A stretch of DNA of 64,000 bases. Source: Deltaproteobacteria bacterium. GTDB taxonomy: Bacteria > Desulfobacterota > Dissulfuribacteria > Dissulfuribacterales > UBA5754. Positions 19,288 through 31,408 of the stretch are shown piece by piece; the first letter of the stretch is position 1; every line of letters starts with the position of its first letter. The notes beneath the pieces are model-generated. The model ran no database searches. It was not told the origin of the DNA and saw nothing but the letters and a program-made list of their open reading frames with translations. The position numbers and the translations under genes are program-made. Location of the stretch: positions 3,336 through 67,335 of the forward strand of contig JAINCN010000025.1 of the NCBI GenBank assembly GCA_036574075.1, written 5' to 3'.

Positions 19288-21800
19288 TTGACCACGAGGT
19301 TGAGGAGCCGCCCTGGGACGTGGATGGTCTTAACTATGCGTTTCCCCTCCATGTGAAGGCGTATCTTTGGCTCCTGCATGACCCGGTAGACGATATCATC
19401 CTCTGTGGCCTCCCTTGGGACCTCAATCTCGCCACGGAGCCGTCCGTTTACCTGGACGGCGATCCTGACGGTCTCGGCCTGGGCGATTTGCCGATCCGCC
19501 TGGGGCCATGGGGTTTGGGAGAGAGAAACCTTGTGGCCGAGCATGGCCCAGAGTTCTTCGGTCATGTGGGGGACCATGGGGCTAAGAAGAAGGAGGATGC
19601 CCTCCACCGCCTCGGCAAGCACTGCCCAGGCTGCGCGTCCGTCCGCGTCCTGCGCGTTTTTTGGGGCTTGAGAGAGAAAGGCGGAAACCTCATTGACGAG
19701 CTCCATTACCGCGCTGATCGCCGTGTTGAAATGGAATCTTGCCTCCAGGTCATCCGTGACCCGGAGGATGGTGGTGTGGGTCTTTCGCCGAATGGCGCGG
19801 AGTTCGGCCGGAAGGGCATCGATAGGATCAAGGAGCTCCTTGTTCCGGGAGCCCGAGGAGAGCCCTTCCAGATTCTCGGTGACTAGACGCCAGACCCTTT
19901 GAAGGAAACGGTGAGCGCCCTCGACTGCCTGGTCGCTCCACTCAAGATCCTTTTCCGGTGGGGCCGCAAAGAGGATAAAGAGCCGGACCGTGTCTGCTCC
20001 GTAGCGCTGGATCATGGCGTCCGGATCCACGACGTTCCCCTTGGACTTGGACATCTTGGCCCCGTCCTTGAGGACCATCCCCTGGGTAAGGAGATTGGTG
20101 AAGGGCTCATCCACCTGGAGGTATCCCAGATCCCGCAGTACCCGGGTGAAGAATCGAGAGTAGAGAAGGTGGAGGATGGCGTGCTCGATCCCACCGATGT
20201 ATTGGTCCACAGGAAGCCAAGCGGCCGCCCGTTTGGGATCAATGGGGGCGTTGCCCTCGTTCGGACAGGTGTATCTGGCGAAATACCAGGAGGACTCGAC
20301 GAAGGTGTCCATGGTATCGGTGTCCCGCCGGGCCGGGCCTCCGCAGGAGGGGCAGGGGACGTTCACGAAATCTTGGAGCGAGGGAAGAGGGGAGCGGCCC
20401 GACGAGTCGAAAACGCAGTCCGTGGGCAGGACCACAGGGAGATCCTTTCGGGGGACAGGAACGATCCCGCACCTTTGGCAGTGGATCATCGGTATGGGGG
20501 TGCCCCAGTATCTCTGGCGGGAGATCCCCCAGTCCCGGAGCCGGTAGCTGACCGTCTTTTCGCCTAACCCGAGTCCTGAGAGATGGGCCACGATGGCCTC
20601 CTTGGCCGCATCGCTCTCCATCCCGTTAAACATCCCCGAAGAGACCAGTCTGCCAGGTCCCTCCCATGCTCCCTCATTGGGGTCCCATGATGTCCCGGCT
20701 TTCGGCTGGATGACCGTCCTGATGGGAAGCGAGTATCTCCTTGCGTATTCAAAGTCACGTTGATCATGGGCCGGGACGCCCATGACAGCGCCAGTGCCAT
20801 ATTCCATGAGAACGAAGTTGGCAAGGTGGATGGGGATCTCCTCTCCGGTCAGGGGATGACGGGCGAAGGCCCCGGAAAAGACCCCCAATTTCTCCTTCAC
20901 GTCCGTCTGCCGTTCCATGACCGGGGCCTTTCCCCATTGCTCGACAAAGGCCCTGACGGCGGATTCCTGGGATGTCCCGGAGGCGAGAACCAGGGCCGCA
21001 GGGTGACCGGGGGAGAGGGACAGGAAGGTCACCCCGAAGAGGGTGTCAGGGCGGGTGGTAAAGACGTCGATGGCTGAAAGGGATGCCGTTGGGGCCGCGA
21101 GCGGAAAGGTGATCCGGGCGCCGACGCTCTTTCCGATCCAGTTCCGCTGCATGGTGAGGACCTTCTCCGGCCATCCCCTGAGGGTATCACAGGCCGAGAG
21201 GAGTTCTTCAGCATAGGCAGTGATACGCAAGAACCAGCCTTCGAGTTCCTTTTCGACGACCGGGCTGTCGCATCTCCAGCAGCGGCCGTCGAGCACCTGT
21301 TCGTTGGCGAGAACGGTCCCGCAGGATTCACACCAGTTGACCGGGGAGGTCTTTCGGTAGGCCAGGCCCTTTTCGTACATCTCGAGGAAGAAGAGCTGCT
21401 CCCACCGGTAATAGGCGGGGTCGCAGGTGGCGATCTCGCGTCTCCAGTCATAGGAAAGACCGAGGCGCTTGAGCTGTTTCCTCATGTAGGCGATGTTTTC
21501 GTAGGTCCAGCGGGCAGGGTGGATGCCGTGCTTGATGGCGGCATTCTCCGCCGGGAGCCCGAATGCGTCCCAGCCCATGGGATGAAGGACATCAAAGCCC
21601 CGCATGCGTTTGTATCGTGCGATCACGTCCCCGATGGAGTAGTTGCGGACGTGGCCCATGTGGATACGGCCGGACGGGTAGGGAAACATCTCAAGCACAT
21701 AGCATGGCCGCGAGGGATCATCAGGCGCGATGAAGAGATTCTCCTCCTCCCATCTGGCCTGTTGCCTTTCCTCAACGGCCCGGAAATCATATGCGCTCAT
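19284..21800 (-). CDS. leuS: leucine--tRNA ligase
   Basis: 838 aa. HMGH ([15 protein letters not shown]) and KMSKS motifs, a CP1 editing domain, and zinc cysteines. Confidence 0.97.
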   Translation of the reverse strand: MSAYDFRAVEERQQARWEEENLFIAPDDPSRPCYVLEMFPYPSGRIHMGHVRNYSIGDVIARYKRMRGFDVLHPMGWDAFGLPAENAAIKHGIHPARWTYENIAYMRKQLKRLGLSYDWRREIATCDPAYYRWEQLFFLEMYEKGLAYRKTSPVNWCESCGTVLANEQVLDGRCWRCDSPVVEKELEGWFLRITAYAEELLSACDTLRGWPEKVLTMQRNWIGKSVGARITFPLAAPTASLSAIDVFTTRPDTLFGVTFLSLSPGHPAALVLASGTSQESAVRAFVEQWGKAPVMERQTDVKEKLGVFSGAFARHPLTGEEIPIHLANFVLMEYGTGAVMGVPAHDQRDFEYARRYSLPIRTVIQPKAGTSWDPNEGAWEGPGRLVSSGMFNGMESDAAKEAIVAHLSGLGLGEKTVSYRLRDWGISRQRYWGTPIPMIHCQRCGIVPVPRKDLPVVLPTDCVFDSSGRSPLPSLQDFVNVPCPSCGGPARRDTDTMDTFVESSWYFARYTCPNEGNAPIDPKRAAAWLPVDQYIGGIEHAILHLLYSRFFTRVLRDLGYLQVDEPFTNLLTQGMVLKDGAKMSKSKGNVVDPDAMIQRYGADTVRLFILFAAPPEKDLEWSDQAVEGAHRFLQRVWRLVTENLEGLSSGSRNKELLDPIDALPAELRAIRRKTHTTILRVTDDLEARFHFNTAISAVMELVNEVSAFLSQAPKNAQDADGRAAWAVLAEAVEGILLLLSPMVPHMTEELWAMLGHKVSLSQTPWPQADRQIAQAETVRIAVQVNGRLRGEIEVPREATEDDIVYRVMQEPKIRLHMEGKRIVKTIHVPGRLLNLVVK

Positions 21801-22222
21801 GCCGGGCGCCTCCCTTTCAGGACCCCGTCGAGTATCCCGTTCACAAAGGAACAGGATTCGGAATTCCCATATTTCTTCGCGAGCTCTACCGCCTCGTTGA
21901 TGGCCACCTTGGGGGGCACGTCAGGGCAATAGAGGATTTCCGCGACCCCGATCCGAAGGATGTTCCTGTCGATGGAAGACATGCGGTCGAGTCTCCAGTT
22001 TTTTGCATGTTTCCTTATGTCTGTGTCCGTTTCCACAGCGTGTTCCATTACGGTATTCACCAGTGAGCGTGCGAAATTCCAGGTCTCTTCATCCACGGGG
22101 GATTGGGGGGGGAAGTGCTCGAGAACGGTGCGGAACGCCGATTCCACCTCCATGTCCTTCGTCCACTCCAACAGGTAGAGGATCTGGAGGGCGATCTCCC
22201 GCCCCTGCCGACGTGAAGACAT
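21797..22222 (-). CDS. nusB: transcription antitermination factor NusB
   Basis: 141 aa. [13 protein letters not shown] start. ribH-nusB synteny. Confidence 0.9.
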   Translation of the reverse strand: MSSRRQGREIALQILYLLEWTKDMEVESAFRTVLEHFPPQSPVDEETWNFARSLVNTVMEHAVETDTDIRKHAKNWRLDRMSSIDRNILRIGVAEILYCPDVPPKVAINEAVELAKKYGNSESCSFVNGILDGVLKGRRPA

Positions 22223-22699
22223 CTAAGCCCGGGCATCGATGACCCGTAGGAGATTTGCCATCTCCACTGCACTCAAGGCCGCGTTCCATCCCTTGTTTCC
22301 TGCCTTGGTGCCGGCCCTTTCGATGGCCTGTTCGATGCTGTCCGTGGTGAGAACCCCGAATGCTACAGGGCATCCGGACTGGAGGGCGATCTGGGCTATG
22401 CCCTTGGAGGTCTCCGCAGCCACGTAATCGAAATGGGGTGTGGAGCCCCGAATGACGCACCCAAGGCAGATGATCGCGTCGTAACGGCCGGATGTGGACA
22501 TGCGTTTTGCAATAAGGGGGATCTCGAATGCCCCGGGGACCCAGGCGATCTCGATGTCGTCATCGGACGCCCCGTGCCTGATGAGGGCATCGATGGCCCC
22601 TTCAAGAAGTCGATTTGTGATGAATTCGTTGAAACGCGCTACGACAATTCCTATACGGAGCCCCTGGGCCTGCAGGTGCCCCTCGTAGTTCTTTGGCAT
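22223..22699 (-). CDS. ribH: 6,7-dimethyl-8-ribityllumazine synthase
   Basis: 158 aa. [13 protein letters not shown] and VPGAFEIP motifs. Confidence 0.95.
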   Translation of the reverse strand: MPKNYEGHLQAQGLRIGIVVARFNEFITNRLLEGAIDALIRHGASDDDIEIAWVPGAFEIPLIAKRMSTSGRYDAIICLGCVIRGSTPHFDYVAAETSKGIAQIALQSGCPVAFGVLTTDSIEQAIERAGTKAGNKGWNAALSAVEMANLLRVIDARA

Positions 22700-22733
22700 G
22701 TATCCTCCTCATCGTGTTTGGGCCTTGGGGACC

Positions 22734-23948
22734 TCATTGACTGATATGAATGAGGTGACCCATCTTGTCCCGCTTGCATCTAAGATAACCGATGTTTTCA
22801 GCGTGCGGGGGGATCTCGATGGGGACCCGTTCTGTCACCTGGAGTCCGTAGCCTTCAAGTGCCACGATCTTCTTGGGGTTGTTGGTCATGAGGCGCATCT
22901 TTCGAACCCCCAGATCCCGCAAGATCTGGGCCCCTACTCCGTAGTCCCTAAGATCCGCCTTGAAACCGAGTTCGATGTTGGCCTCAACCGTGTCCCTGCC
23001 CTGGTCCTGCAGGCAATAGGCGCGGAGTTTGTTGAGGAGGCCGATGCCCCGTCCCTCCTGGCGCATGTAAAGGAGGACCCCGCGTCCGGCACGGGCGATC
23101 AGGTGCATGGCCGTCTGGAGTTGGGGGCCGCAGTCGCAGCGAAGTGATCCGAAGACATCACCAGTGAGGCACTCGGAGTGTACGCGGACGAGTATGGTCT
23201 CGTCCGGGCTGATCTCCCCCTCCCCGAAGATAAGGGCAAGGTGTTCATGCTCGTCGAGTATGCTCGTGTAGGCGATCAGCCGCCATTCTCCACCGAAACG
23301 CGAGGGCAAACGGGTCTCTACCTCCCTCTTCACGAGGCTCTCAGTCCGCAGGCGATAGGCGATGATGTCAGCCACGGTCGCGATCTTGATCCCGTGGCGT
23401 TCAGCAAACTTCTCCAGGTCAGGCATGCGGGACATGGTCCCGTCCTCGTTCATTATTTCGCAGATGACGCCCGCAGGCGTGAGGCCGGCGAGACGGGCCA
23501 GATCCACCGACCCCTCGGTCTGCCCGGCCCGTACCAGCACCCCTCCGTCGCGTGCCCTGAGAGGAAAGACGTGGCCTGGGGTCACTATGGAGTCTGGGCC
23601 GGCATCAGGGGCCACAGCCGCGAGGATCGTGGTTGCCCGGTCATGGGCGGAGATCCCTGTGGTAACGCCATGCGCCGCCTCGATGGATACAGTAAAGGCA
23701 GTCCCGTAACGGGAGGTGTTTCTGGTGGTCATCATGGGAAGCTGGAGCCGGTCCACCTGCTCAGATGTCAGGGCAAGGCAAATGAGTCCACGGCCGTGTT
23801 GGGCCATGAAGTTGATCGCCTCGGGCGTGACCTTTTCGGCCGCGATAACGAGATCCCCCTCGTTTTCGCGGTCTTCATCGTCCACGAGGATGATCATTTT
23901 CCCTTGTCTGAGGTCTTCCAGAATATCTTCGATGGGTGATATGGGCAT
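22734..23948 (-). CDS. ribBA: bifunctional 3,4-dihydroxy-2-butanone-4-phosphate synthase / GTP cyclohydrolase II
   Basis: 404 aa. [11 protein letters not shown] (DHBP synthase) and [18 protein letters not shown] (GTP cyclohydrolase II). Confidence 0.95.
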   Translation of the reverse strand: MPISPIEDILEDLRQGKMIILVDDEDRENEGDLVIAAEKVTPEAINFMAQHGRGLICLALTSEQVDRLQLPMMTTRNTSRYGTAFTVSIEAAHGVTTGISAHDRATTILAAVAPDAGPDSIVTPGHVFPLRARDGGVLVRAGQTEGSVDLARLAGLTPAGVICEIMNEDGTMSRMPDLEKFAERHGIKIATVADIIAYRLRTESLVKREVETRLPSRFGGEWRLIAYTSILDEHEHLALIFGEGEISPDETILVRVHSECLTGDVFGSLRCDCGPQLQTAMHLIARAGRGVLLYMRQEGRGIGLLNKLRAYCLQDQGRDTVEANIELGFKADLRDYGVGAQILRDLGVRKMRLMTNNPKKIVALEGYGLQVTERVPIEIPPHAENIGYLRCKRDKMGHLIHISQ

Positions 23949-23983
23949 GGGGTTTCCCTTGCGCGGATGAACACGGTTTTCCT

Positions 23984-24649
23984 TCAGGAATAGCCGTGCT
24001 TTCTCAGAAAATCGAGACTGATTGGATTATCGCGGGCGGGCGCGTCCCGTCCGGCATCAAGTAATTTTTCAATATACTTCCCCAAAAGGTCGACCTCAAT
24101 ATTGACCGTGTCCCCTGGGGCGCGTCTCCCTATGGTCGTAACTGATGCCGTGTGGGGGATGACAGCCACGGAAAATACGCACCTGGTCCTGTCATTCGAG
24201 ACTTGGTTGACGGTGAGGCTCATGCCGTCAACCGTTATCGAACCCTTTTCGATGATGTATTTCCCATAGGAAGGGGGTATGGCGATCGTGAGGAAGGTGA
24301 AGGCGCCGGTTCTGTGTTTTTCAGTGATCTCTCCTATGCAGTCGATGTGGCCGGAGACGAAATGCCCTCCGAGACGGTCTGTGGGCAGGAGCGCCCGTTC
24401 GATGTTGACCGCGTCTCCCTTTTTGAGTAAGCCCAAATTGGATCTGGAGAGGGTCTCAGGGGAGACGTCCGCGGAAAAGGATGTGGTTGTGATCCGGGTC
24501 GCAGTGAGGCAGACGCCGTTGATCGCAATGCTTTCCCCGATGCGGGGGTCATGAAGGACGAACTTGGGTCGGATCTCCAGTTCTACGCCTTCCTGCTTGG
24601 GTCGAATCCCAGAGACGACCCCAATACCTTCTATGATACCCGTAAACAT
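23984..24649 (-). CDS. ribE: riboflavin synthase
   Basis: [10 protein letters not shown] start and the duplicated lumazine-binding repeat ([12 protein letters not shown] / [12 protein letters not shown]). Confidence 0.95.
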   Translation of the reverse strand: MFTGIIEGIGVVSGIRPKQEGVELEIRPKFVLHDPRIGESIAINGVCLTATRITTTSFSADVSPETLSRSNLGLLKKGDAVNIERALLPTDRLGGHFVSGHIDCIGEITEKHRTGAFTFLTIAIPPSYGKYIIEKGSITVDGMSLTVNQVSNDRTRCVFSVAVIPHTASVTTIGRRAPGDTVNIEVDLLGKYIEKLLDAGRDAPARDNPISLDFLRKHGYS

Positions 24650-25893
24650 CAGTCGTGTTCCAGGAAGAACGTATCGTTTTGCAAGCAGAAGCCGGCGGTA
24701 TCCGTTTTCCCCGGCACCTTGGGATCTCGATATTTGTCGGGATCTCGGGATGCCTCCGTAGTTTCAAAGAATCTTCCAAGATGGGTAAGTCGGCCGTGGA
24801 CGAGCCAGTTGTCCCCGATCCTGCGGATGTCCACATGGTGGAGGCGTGCGGCATCATGGATGTTTTCGCATCCGGTTCCCTTTACTGCACACGGGGCGTC
24901 CTTTCCGCCTATGACTATGGGGCTCTGAAAGAAAAATGCCTCATCAACAAGGCCGAGATCAAAAAAGGATCCGTGAACGGTCGCCCCTCCCTCGACCAGG
25001 ACGGACTGGATGCCGTGGGCGCCCAGGTGTTCGAGCAGGGCGGAGAGATCCACCCTTCCTTTCGGATCCGCCGGAAGGAACAGGATTCGCGCCCCGGCCC
25101 TTTCCATCGCAGCCACGGCCTCTCTGGCCACAGCACCTTCCACGGCCGCGACCCAGGTCTCGGCCGAAGAACGGAGCCGAAAGATCTTGTGGCGTTCAGG
25201 ATCGAGGGAGAGGCGGCTATCCAGGACGACACGAAGGGGATCCCTGCCCCTTTTCGAGGAAATCCGGCAGGTGAGCTCGGGGTCATCAGCAAGGACCGTG
25301 CCCCTGCCTACGAGGATGGCGTCCGAGATATCCCGCAGGCGATGGCCGTAGGCTCGCGCCCTTTCGTTCGTGATCCACTGGGAGTGGCCGGTCCGGGTGG
25401 CGATCCTTCCGTCCAGGCTGCATGCGATCTTCACCCTGACCCAGGGAAGACCGGTGATGGAGTGCTTGGCAAAGGGCGCGATCAGGTCCCGGCACTCCGC
25501 CTCACGGCACCCCATCTCCACATGGACGCCGTGAGAAGCGAGGAACTGCGCGCCGTGTCCCGCTACCTTGGGGTTGGGATCCCGTGTTCCGATCACCACT
25601 CTGGAGATGCCCGCCTCGAGGATGGCACGGGTGCATGGTGGGGTGCGTCCCTCGTGGTTGCAGGGCTCGAGTGTGACGTACAGGGTCGCCCCGGAGGTTT
25701 CCCCCCGGACCGATGCGAGTGCGTTCACCTCGGCGTGGGGTGTACCTGCCTTTTTGTGGTAACCTCGCCCGATGATGGCCCCATCCCGGACAACAACCGC
25801 GCCTACGGCCGGGTTGGGGGAGGTCCTCCCGAGTCCGCGCCGGGCAAGGGCAACGGCCCGTCCCATGAATGCAATGTCGTCTTCAGTGATCAT
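24649..25893 (-). CDS. ribD: bifunctional riboflavin deaminase/reductase RibD
   Basis: Deaminase zinc motifs HAEVNAL and [11 protein letters not shown], followed by the reductase domain. 414 aa, with a ~40-aa C-terminal tail beyond the usual length. Confidence 0.9.
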   Translation of the reverse strand: MITEDDIAFMGRAVALARRGLGRTSPNPAVGAVVVRDGAIIGRGYHKKAGTPHAEVNALASVRGETSGATLYVTLEPCNHEGRTPPCTRAILEAGISRVVIGTRDPNPKVAGHGAQFLASHGVHVEMGCREAECRDLIAPFAKHSITGLPWVRVKIACSLDGRIATRTGHSQWITNERARAYGHRLRDISDAILVGRGTVLADDPELTCRISSKRGRDPLRVVLDSRLSLDPERHKIFRLRSSAETWVAAVEGAVAREAVAAMERAGARILFLPADPKGRVDLSALLEHLGAHGIQSVLVEGGATVHGSFFDLGLVDEAFFFQSPIVIGGKDAPCAVKGTGCENIHDAARLHHVDIRRIGDNWLVHGRLTHLGRFFETTEASRDPDKYRDPKVPGKTDTAGFCLQNDTFFLEHD

Positions 25894-26360
25894 CCCTTGG
25901 TGATCTTCCCCTCGTCGAGGAGCTCCTGAAGCTGGTCCATGAATTCATGGAGGTCCTTGAACTGTTTATAGACAGAGGCGAATCGGACGTAGGCCACGTC
26001 ATCCCAGGTCTTGAGCTGGGCCATGACCTGTTCTCCGATCCATCTGCTCGGGATCTCCCGCTCGCCCTTTTCCTGGATCTCCTTTTCCAGGTTGGCAACA
26101 AAGGCCTCGATGGCATCCATGCCGATGGGACGTTTCTCGCAGGCCTTGAGGATCCCGTCGATGACCTTCTTGCGTTCAAAGGGCTCGCGCCGTCCATCCT
26201 TTTTTACCACAAAGGGCTGGAATTCCTCCACGCGTTCGTACGTGGTGAATCGCTGGGCGCATGCCGGACATTCCCTACGCCTCCGGATGGATCTTCCGTC
26301 CCGGCTTGCGCGGGAATCAACCACCTTCGTCTCCGGCGCCGTGCAGAAAGGGCATCTCAT
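25890..26360 (-). CDS. nrdR: transcriptional repressor NrdR
   Basis: [17 protein letters not shown]...[12 protein letters not shown] zinc ribbon plus an ATP-cone. Confidence 0.95.
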   Translation of the reverse strand: MRCPFCTAPETKVVDSRASRDGRSIRRRRECPACAQRFTTYERVEEFQPFVVKKDGRREPFERKKVIDGILKACEKRPIGMDAIEAFVANLEKEIQEKGEREIPSRWIGEQVMAQLKTWDDVAYVRFASVYKQFKDLHEFMDQLQELLDEGKITKG

Positions 26361-26842
26361 TGCCGGTCCTCTCCGCGGGGCGTGTCAGTTTCCGGCTGTG
26401 GTATGCGCACGAGGTGAATGCCCGCCTCTTCGAGCATCTCCCGGGAGAGATCATCGGTGTATCCGTCCTGGTAGAAGATGGCCTGGATGCCCGCATTGAT
26501 AAGCATCTTCGTGCAGATCACACACGGCAGGTTGGTCCCGTAAAGGGTGGAGCCGGCCACGGAGATCCCATGTCGGGCGGCCTGGATGAGGACGTTTTGC
26601 TCTGCATGGAGTCCACGGCAGAGTTCGTGTCTCTGGCCGGAAGGGATCCCGAGCCTTTCCCGCAGGCATCCGATCTCGAGGCAGTGGCGAAGGCCGCTCG
26701 GCGCACCGTTGTAGCCAGTGGCAAGTATGCGTTTGTCCTTGACGAGAACCGCCCCGACCTTGCGCCTCAGGCAGGTGGAACGTTCGGCGACAAGACGGGC
26801 GATGGAGAGAAAATAGACATCCCAGGAGGGGCGCATGTCCAT
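26357..26842 (-). CDS. deoxycytidylate (dCMP) deaminase
   Basis: HAEQNVL and [14 protein letters not shown] zinc motifs of the CMP/dCMP deaminase family. 161 aa. Confidence 0.9.
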   Translation of the reverse strand: MDMRPSWDVYFLSIARLVAERSTCLRRKVGAVLVKDKRILATGYNGAPSGLRHCLEIGCLRERLGIPSGQRHELCRGLHAEQNVLIQAARHGISVAGSTLYGTNLPCVICTKMLINAGIQAIFYQDGYTDDLSREMLEEAGIHLVRIPQPETDTPRGEDRQ

Positions 26843-26910
26843 GGATTTTACTTATGCTCAAAAAGGTTGAAAATGCAAGGGCGAGCGGCGAAGCCTTTCA
26901 GGAGAAAAAG

Positions 26911-26939
26911 TTGTCAAAATCCGATATCTTTCGTAGATT
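26911..26939 (+). promoter_or_regulatory. candidate sigma-70-type promoter for ftsH
   Basis: TTGTCA - 17 nt - TAGATT, ending ~32 nt upstream of the ftsH TTG start. Pattern match only. Confidence 0.35.
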
Positions 26940-26971
26940 TGTGATACAGGAAAGCAGAACGGAGAATCCCT

Positions 26972-28810
26972 TTGAGCACATTTTACAAGAATCTCAGCCT
27001 GTGGCTGGTGATCGGCTTGGTCATGGTGTTTCTCTTCAACCTCTTCAACAAGCCGCAGGAGCCCGTTAAGGAGCTGACATACAGTGATTTTCTCGCCCAT
27101 GTGGAAACGGGGAATGTGGTCCGGGTCCAGATCGAAAACAGCCGGCTGAACGGAGTTTTTGCGGATCAGACCGTTTTCAGGACGGCGATCCCCCCACAGG
27201 ATGACGACTTCATCCGGATACTCAAGGAAAATGGGGTCACCATCCAGGTCAAGCCACCGGATGAGCTGCCATGGTATATGAACGTTTTCATCTCCTGGTT
27301 CCCTATGCTTCTTCTCATCGGCGTCTGGATATTCTTCATGCGTCAGATGCAATCAGGAGGCGGGCGCGCCATGTCCTTTGGAAGAAGCAGGGCAAGGCTC
27401 ATGACCAGCCAGAACGTGGGCATCACATTTGACGACATCGCCGGCATCCCGGAGGCCAAGGACGAGCTTTCCGAGATCGTCTCCTTTCTCAAGGATCCCA
27501 TGAAATACACCAAACTCGGAGGCAGGATTCCAAAGGGGGTCCTCCTCGTTGGCTCACCGGGCACGGGAAAGACCCTGCTTGCAAAGGCCATCGCAGGAGA
27601 GGCGGGCGTTCCCTTTTTCAGCATCAGCGGCTCTGATTTCGTGGAGATGTTCGTGGGTGTAGGGGCCTCCAGGGTCCGTGATCTCTTCGTTCAGGCCAAG
27701 AAGAATGCGCCCTGCATTATCTTCATCGACGAGATCGACGCCGTGGGCAGGCACCGGGGCGCCGGCCTCGGTGGGGGCCATGACGAAAGGGAGCAGACCT
27801 TGAACCAGCTCCTTGTGGAGATGGACGGGTTCGAGACCTCGGAGGCAGTAATCGTCATAGCCGCGACCAACCGGCCTGACGTCCTGGATCCTGCCCTCCT
27901 CCGTCCGGGACGTTTTGACCGTCAGGTAATCGTTCCGATCCCTGACATCAAGGGCCGGGAGGAGATCCTGAAGGTCCACGCAAAGAAGATCACCGTGGGG
28001 GCGGACGTGGATTTCGCCGCCATTGCCAAGGGGACACCGGGGTTCTCCGGAGCGGATCTGGAAAATCTCGTGAACGAGGCGGCCCTTCTCGCCGCCCGTG
28101 AGAACAAGGAAGCCGTTTCGAACCAGGATTTCGAGAAGGCGAAGGACAAGGTCCTTATGGGGGCGGAAAGAAAGAGCCTGCTACTGACTGACGAGGAAAA
28201 GAGGATCACCGCCTACCACGAGGCCGGGCACACCCTCGTAGCCAAGCTCATCCCCGGCACCGATCCCATTCACAAGGTGACCATCATCCCCCGTGGCCGT
28301 GCCCTTGGCGTCACCCAGCAGCTTCCGGAAGAGGAACGTCACACCTATCCCCGGTCCTATCTCCTCAACAACCTGACGATCCTTCTCGGCGGACGCGTGG
28401 CAGAGGAACTCGTTTTGAACGATTGCACCACGGGCGCGGGCAACGACATCGAAAGGGCCTCGGACCTTGCCCGCAGGATGGTCTGCGAATGGGGCATGAG
28501 TACGGATCTCGGCCCTGTCGCCTTTGGAAAGAGGGAAGAGCATGTGTTCCTCGGCAAGGACTTCGGCCAGGTGAAGGACTACAGCGAGGAGACGGCCCGA
28601 AAGATAGACGAGGAGGTGAGACGCATTGTCAAGGGCGCCTATGACCGGGCCAGCGAGCTCATCAAGAGCAATATCGCCTGTCTCCATGCCATTGCTCAGG
28701 GCCTTCTCGAACGCGAGTCCCTCGACTCGGAGGCCATCCAGGGGATCATGGATGCCTGCCGTGCAGGATGCATGGGCATTCCGCCCGGGGAGGTCGCTCA
28801 CAGGGCATGA
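26972..28810 (+). CDS. ftsH: ATP-dependent zinc metalloprotease FtsH
   Basis: 612 aa. Two N-terminal TM helices, Walker A GSPGTGKT, Walker [12 protein letters not shown], and the HEAGH zinc site. TTG start after GGAG. Confidence 0.97.
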   Translation: MSTFYKNLSLWLVIGLVMVFLFNLFNKPQEPVKELTYSDFLAHVETGNVVRVQIENSRLNGVFADQTVFRTAIPPQDDDFIRILKENGVTIQVKPPDELPWYMNVFISWFPMLLLIGVWIFFMRQMQSGGGRAMSFGRSRARLMTSQNVGITFDDIAGIPEAKDELSEIVSFLKDPMKYTKLGGRIPKGVLLVGSPGTGKTLLAKAIAGEAGVPFFSISGSDFVEMFVGVGASRVRDLFVQAKKNAPCIIFIDEIDAVGRHRGAGLGGGHDEREQTLNQLLVEMDGFETSEAVIVIAATNRPDVLDPALLRPGRFDRQVIVPIPDIKGREEILKVHAKKITVGADVDFAAIAKGTPGFSGADLENLVNEAALLAARENKEAVSNQDFEKAKDKVLMGAERKSLLLTDEEKRITAYHEAGHTLVAKLIPGTDPIHKVTIIPRGRALGVTQQLPEEERHTYPRSYLLNNLTILLGGRVAEELVLNDCTTGAGNDIERASDLARRMVCEWGMSTDLGPVAFGKREEHVFLGKDFGQVKDYSEETARKIDEEVRRIVKGAYDRASELIKSNIACLHAIAQGLLERESLDSEAIQGIMDACRAGCMGIPPGEVAHRA

Positions 28811-29679
28811 GCCTGGCGTCCGTAGAACCCACTCCCATCAGGGTCCGGGGTCGTAGCTTTGTGTGGGGTTCCCGGACCTTTCTCATGGGGATCATCAACG
28901 TTACACCGGACTCCTTTTCAGACGGCGGCGAGGTGGCTTCTCCCGAGGACGCGGCAAAACGGGCCTTTTTACTTGAGAAAGAAGGGGCAGACATCATCGA
29001 CATCGGAGGGGAATCAACCCGCCCCTTTTCCGAGCCCGTGCCCGAATCTGAGGAGATAGCTCGGGTCATCCCTGCCATTCGTATGATACGGCAGGGATCG
29101 AACATTCCCATCAGCATCGACACACAAAAGTCTGGTGTGGCTGATGCGGCCCTTGCTGCAGGCGCTGACATCATAAACGACGTGAGCGCCATGAGGTTCG
29201 ATCCAGGTATGGTAGAGGTCGCCGCGCGCCGTGGTGCCCCGGTCATTATCATGCACATGTTGGGGACCCCGCAGGACATGCAGATCTCCCCCAGTTACGG
29301 CGACGTCGTTTCCGAGGTCGCGGGGTTCCTCGCCGAGAGGGCCCGATGGGCCGAGGCGCAAGGGATTCCGAAAGATCACATAATCCTCGATCCTGGAATA
29401 GGTTTTGGAAAGCGCCTTGAAGACAATCTCGTCCTCATCGATCACATCGGGATGATACGTGAGCTGGGATATCCTGTCCTCGTGGGGCCATCCAGAAAGG
29501 CATTCCTCGGCGTGCTCACGGGTATTAAAAACCCCAGAGAAAGGGATATCCCCACTGTAGGGGCGGCATGTGCCGCAGCCATCCGGGGGGCTGACCTGGT
29601 CCGGGTCCATGATGTAAGCACCGTGAGGCCCGCCCTTCTGGTGGCAGATGCCGTCTCCCGTGGTCCCCGCCATGGATGA
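28807..29679 (+). CDS. folP: dihydropteroate synthase
   Basis: MGIINVTPDSFSDGG and DIGGESTRP motifs. The ATG at 28807 overlaps the ftsH stop (ATGA). ftsH-folP synteny. Confidence 0.93.
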   Translation: MSLASVEPTPIRVRGRSFVWGSRTFLMGIINVTPDSFSDGGEVASPEDAAKRAFLLEKEGADIIDIGGESTRPFSEPVPESEEIARVIPAIRMIRQGSNIPISIDTQKSGVADAALAAGADIINDVSAMRFDPGMVEVAARRGAPVIIMHMLGTPQDMQISPSYGDVVSEVAGFLAERARWAEAQGIPKDHIILDPGIGFGKRLEDNLVLIDHIGMIRELGYPVLVGPSRKAFLGVLTGIKNPRERDIPTVGAACAAAIRGADLVRVHDVSTVRPALLVADAVSRGPRHG

Positions 29680-30466
29680 CTGGATCATCCGACTCCCCAT
29701 TCTCCGATGGCAGGACGCCCTTGACATCCTTGTCGTCGGGTACCTGATCTACCGGGTGATCCTCCTCATTCGAGGAACCAGGGCCGTGCAGATGCTCGCG
29801 GGGCTCGCGGTCCTGACGGTTGTCTTTTTTGCAGCCAAGACCTTTGAGCTCTACACCCTCCACTGGCTTCTCGGCACCGTACTTAGCTCCCTCTTCATCC
29901 TGATCGTCATCGTCTTTCAGGACGACATCCGCCGGGCCTTGGCCCAGATGGGGCAGAGTCCGTTTCTCAAGGGACGGGTCAAGACCTTCCATGCCCTTGA
30001 GGAGGTGGCGAAGGCCGCTTCCGCCCTGGCAGAAGACAAAACAGGTGCCATTATCGTTCTTGAGAGGGATATCGGTCTGACGAATTACGTGGAAACGGCG
30101 GTTCCCCTGGATGCCCAGGTGACCCGTGATCTCCTCTGTACCATCTTCTACAAGGGGACCCCGCTCCATGACGGTGCGGTGGTGATACAGAAGGGTCGCC
30201 TTGCGGCCGCCGGCTGCGTCCTCCCGCTGAGCACCAACCCAGAACTCAGCAGGCGCCTTGGAACGCGACACCGCGCAGGCATCGGCGTCACCGAGGAATC
30301 TGATGCCGTCTCCGTCATGGTCTCCGAGGAGACAGGGGGGATCTCCGTGGCGATCGGAGGCAAGATCACCCGGGACATCGATACAGGGACCCTCCGAAGG
30401 ATACTCCACAACGCCTTTTCCTTGGAGGAGGTCCAGACCCCATGGTGGAAGAGGAGGATCCTGTAG
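29672..30466 (+). CDS. cdaA: diadenylate cyclase CdaA
   Basis: Three N-terminal TM helices plus a DAC domain (DGAVVI, TRHRAGIGVTEESDA). An alternative ATG is at 29648. Confidence 0.9.
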   Translation: MDDWIIRLPILRWQDALDILVVGYLIYRVILLIRGTRAVQMLAGLAVLTVVFFAAKTFELYTLHWLLGTVLSSLFILIVIVFQDDIRRALAQMGQSPFLKGRVKTFHALEEVAKAASALAEDKTGAIIVLERDIGLTNYVETAVPLDAQVTRDLLCTIFYKGTPLHDGAVVIQKGRLAAAGCVLPLSTNPELSRRLGTRHRAGIGVTEESDAVSVMVSEETGGISVAIGGKITRDIDTGTLRRILHNAFSLEEVQTPWWKRRIL

Positions 30467-30472
30467 GTCGTC

Positions 30473-31408
30473 ATGGCCTCCTTAAAGGAGCTTTATCGAA
30501 AGGATTGGGTCCTCAAGGTCTTCTCCCTGGGTTTTGCCATGCTGCTTTGGTTTTTCGTGATCGGGGAGGAGAAGGCGGAGGTGAGTCTCTCCATTCCTGT
30601 GGAGATCGTCAACGTCCCTGGTGAGTGCGCTATTGCCAACGATGTCGTATCTACTATCAATCTCCGTGTCTATGGCCCCCGTGGCCTGGTCAGGGGGCTT
30701 TCCTCGCAGGACCTGACGCGGGTGATCGATCTGAGAAACGCAAGGCCCGGAACAGTGACTGTTCATATCACCCCTGACAGCATACCGGTGCCGAGCGGGG
30801 TCATCGTGACCCAGATCCAGCCGAGCGCCATCGACATCCTCCTTGAGCCTTATGAATACCGGGTCGTACCGGTGCATCCAGTCGTAACTGGCAAAGTCGC
30901 CCCGGATTACGAGGTCAAGGAGATCCAGCAGATGCCGAAAAACATCAAAATCTCAGGCCCCAGGACCGTTCTCTCCCGCATAAAGGAGGTGGGGACCGCA
31001 CCCATAGACATCACGGACGCCCATGAAACCGTTTCGAGGGATATACAGCTCGACCTCAAAGAACCCCGTGTTACTGCCGATGAGAATGTGGTCAGGGTCA
31101 CGGTTGTCATCGCCCCGGTGATCGGGCAGAGAAAGTTTACCCACGTCCCAGTGCGGGTCGAACCCCAATCCAATCATGTTGTGGTGAAGCCGGCCATACT
31201 GACCGTTGTGGTGGAAGGGGCACGCGCCCGGCTCAAGGACCTGGGAATCGAGGACATTTCGGCCTCTGTGGCCGTGGACGGGCTCGAGGCAGGTCGTCAC
31301 GAGATAGCCCCAGATGTCCTCGTGCCAGAAGGATTTTATGTCACGGAGATCATCCCGGACCGGATCAAGGTCCGCGTATCGTCTCCACCCAAGGGAGGTG
31401 GATCGTGA
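30473..31408 (+). CDS. cdaR: CdaA regulatory protein CdaR (YbbR-domain protein)
   Basis: An N-terminal TM helix followed by repeated YbbR-like beta-rich units. Conserved cdaA-cdaR-glmM order. Confidence 0.8.
   Translation: MASLKELYRKDWVLKVFSLGFAMLLWFFVIGEEKAEVSLSIPVEIVNVPGECAIANDVVSTINLRVYGPRGLVRGLSSQDLTRVIDLRNARPGTVTVHITPDSIPVPSGVIVTQIQPSAIDILLEPYEYRVVPVHPVVTGKVAPDYEVKEIQQMPKNIKISGPRTVLSRIKEVGTAPIDITDAHETVSRDIQLDLKEPRVTADENVVRVTVVIAPVIGQRKFTHVPVRVEPQSNHVVVKPAILTVVVEGARARLKDLGIEDISASVAVDGLEAGRHEIAPDVLVPEGFYVTEIIPDRIKVRVSSPPKGGGS

Noticed and set aside
22700-26360. Possible FMN riboswitch controlling the rib genes.
   Set aside because: Gaps between the rib genes are only 34-35 nt, ribD overlaps nrdR, and nrdR overlaps the dCMP deaminase gene. 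There is no room for a ~130-nt aptamer, and no FMN-element core sequence was noticed.
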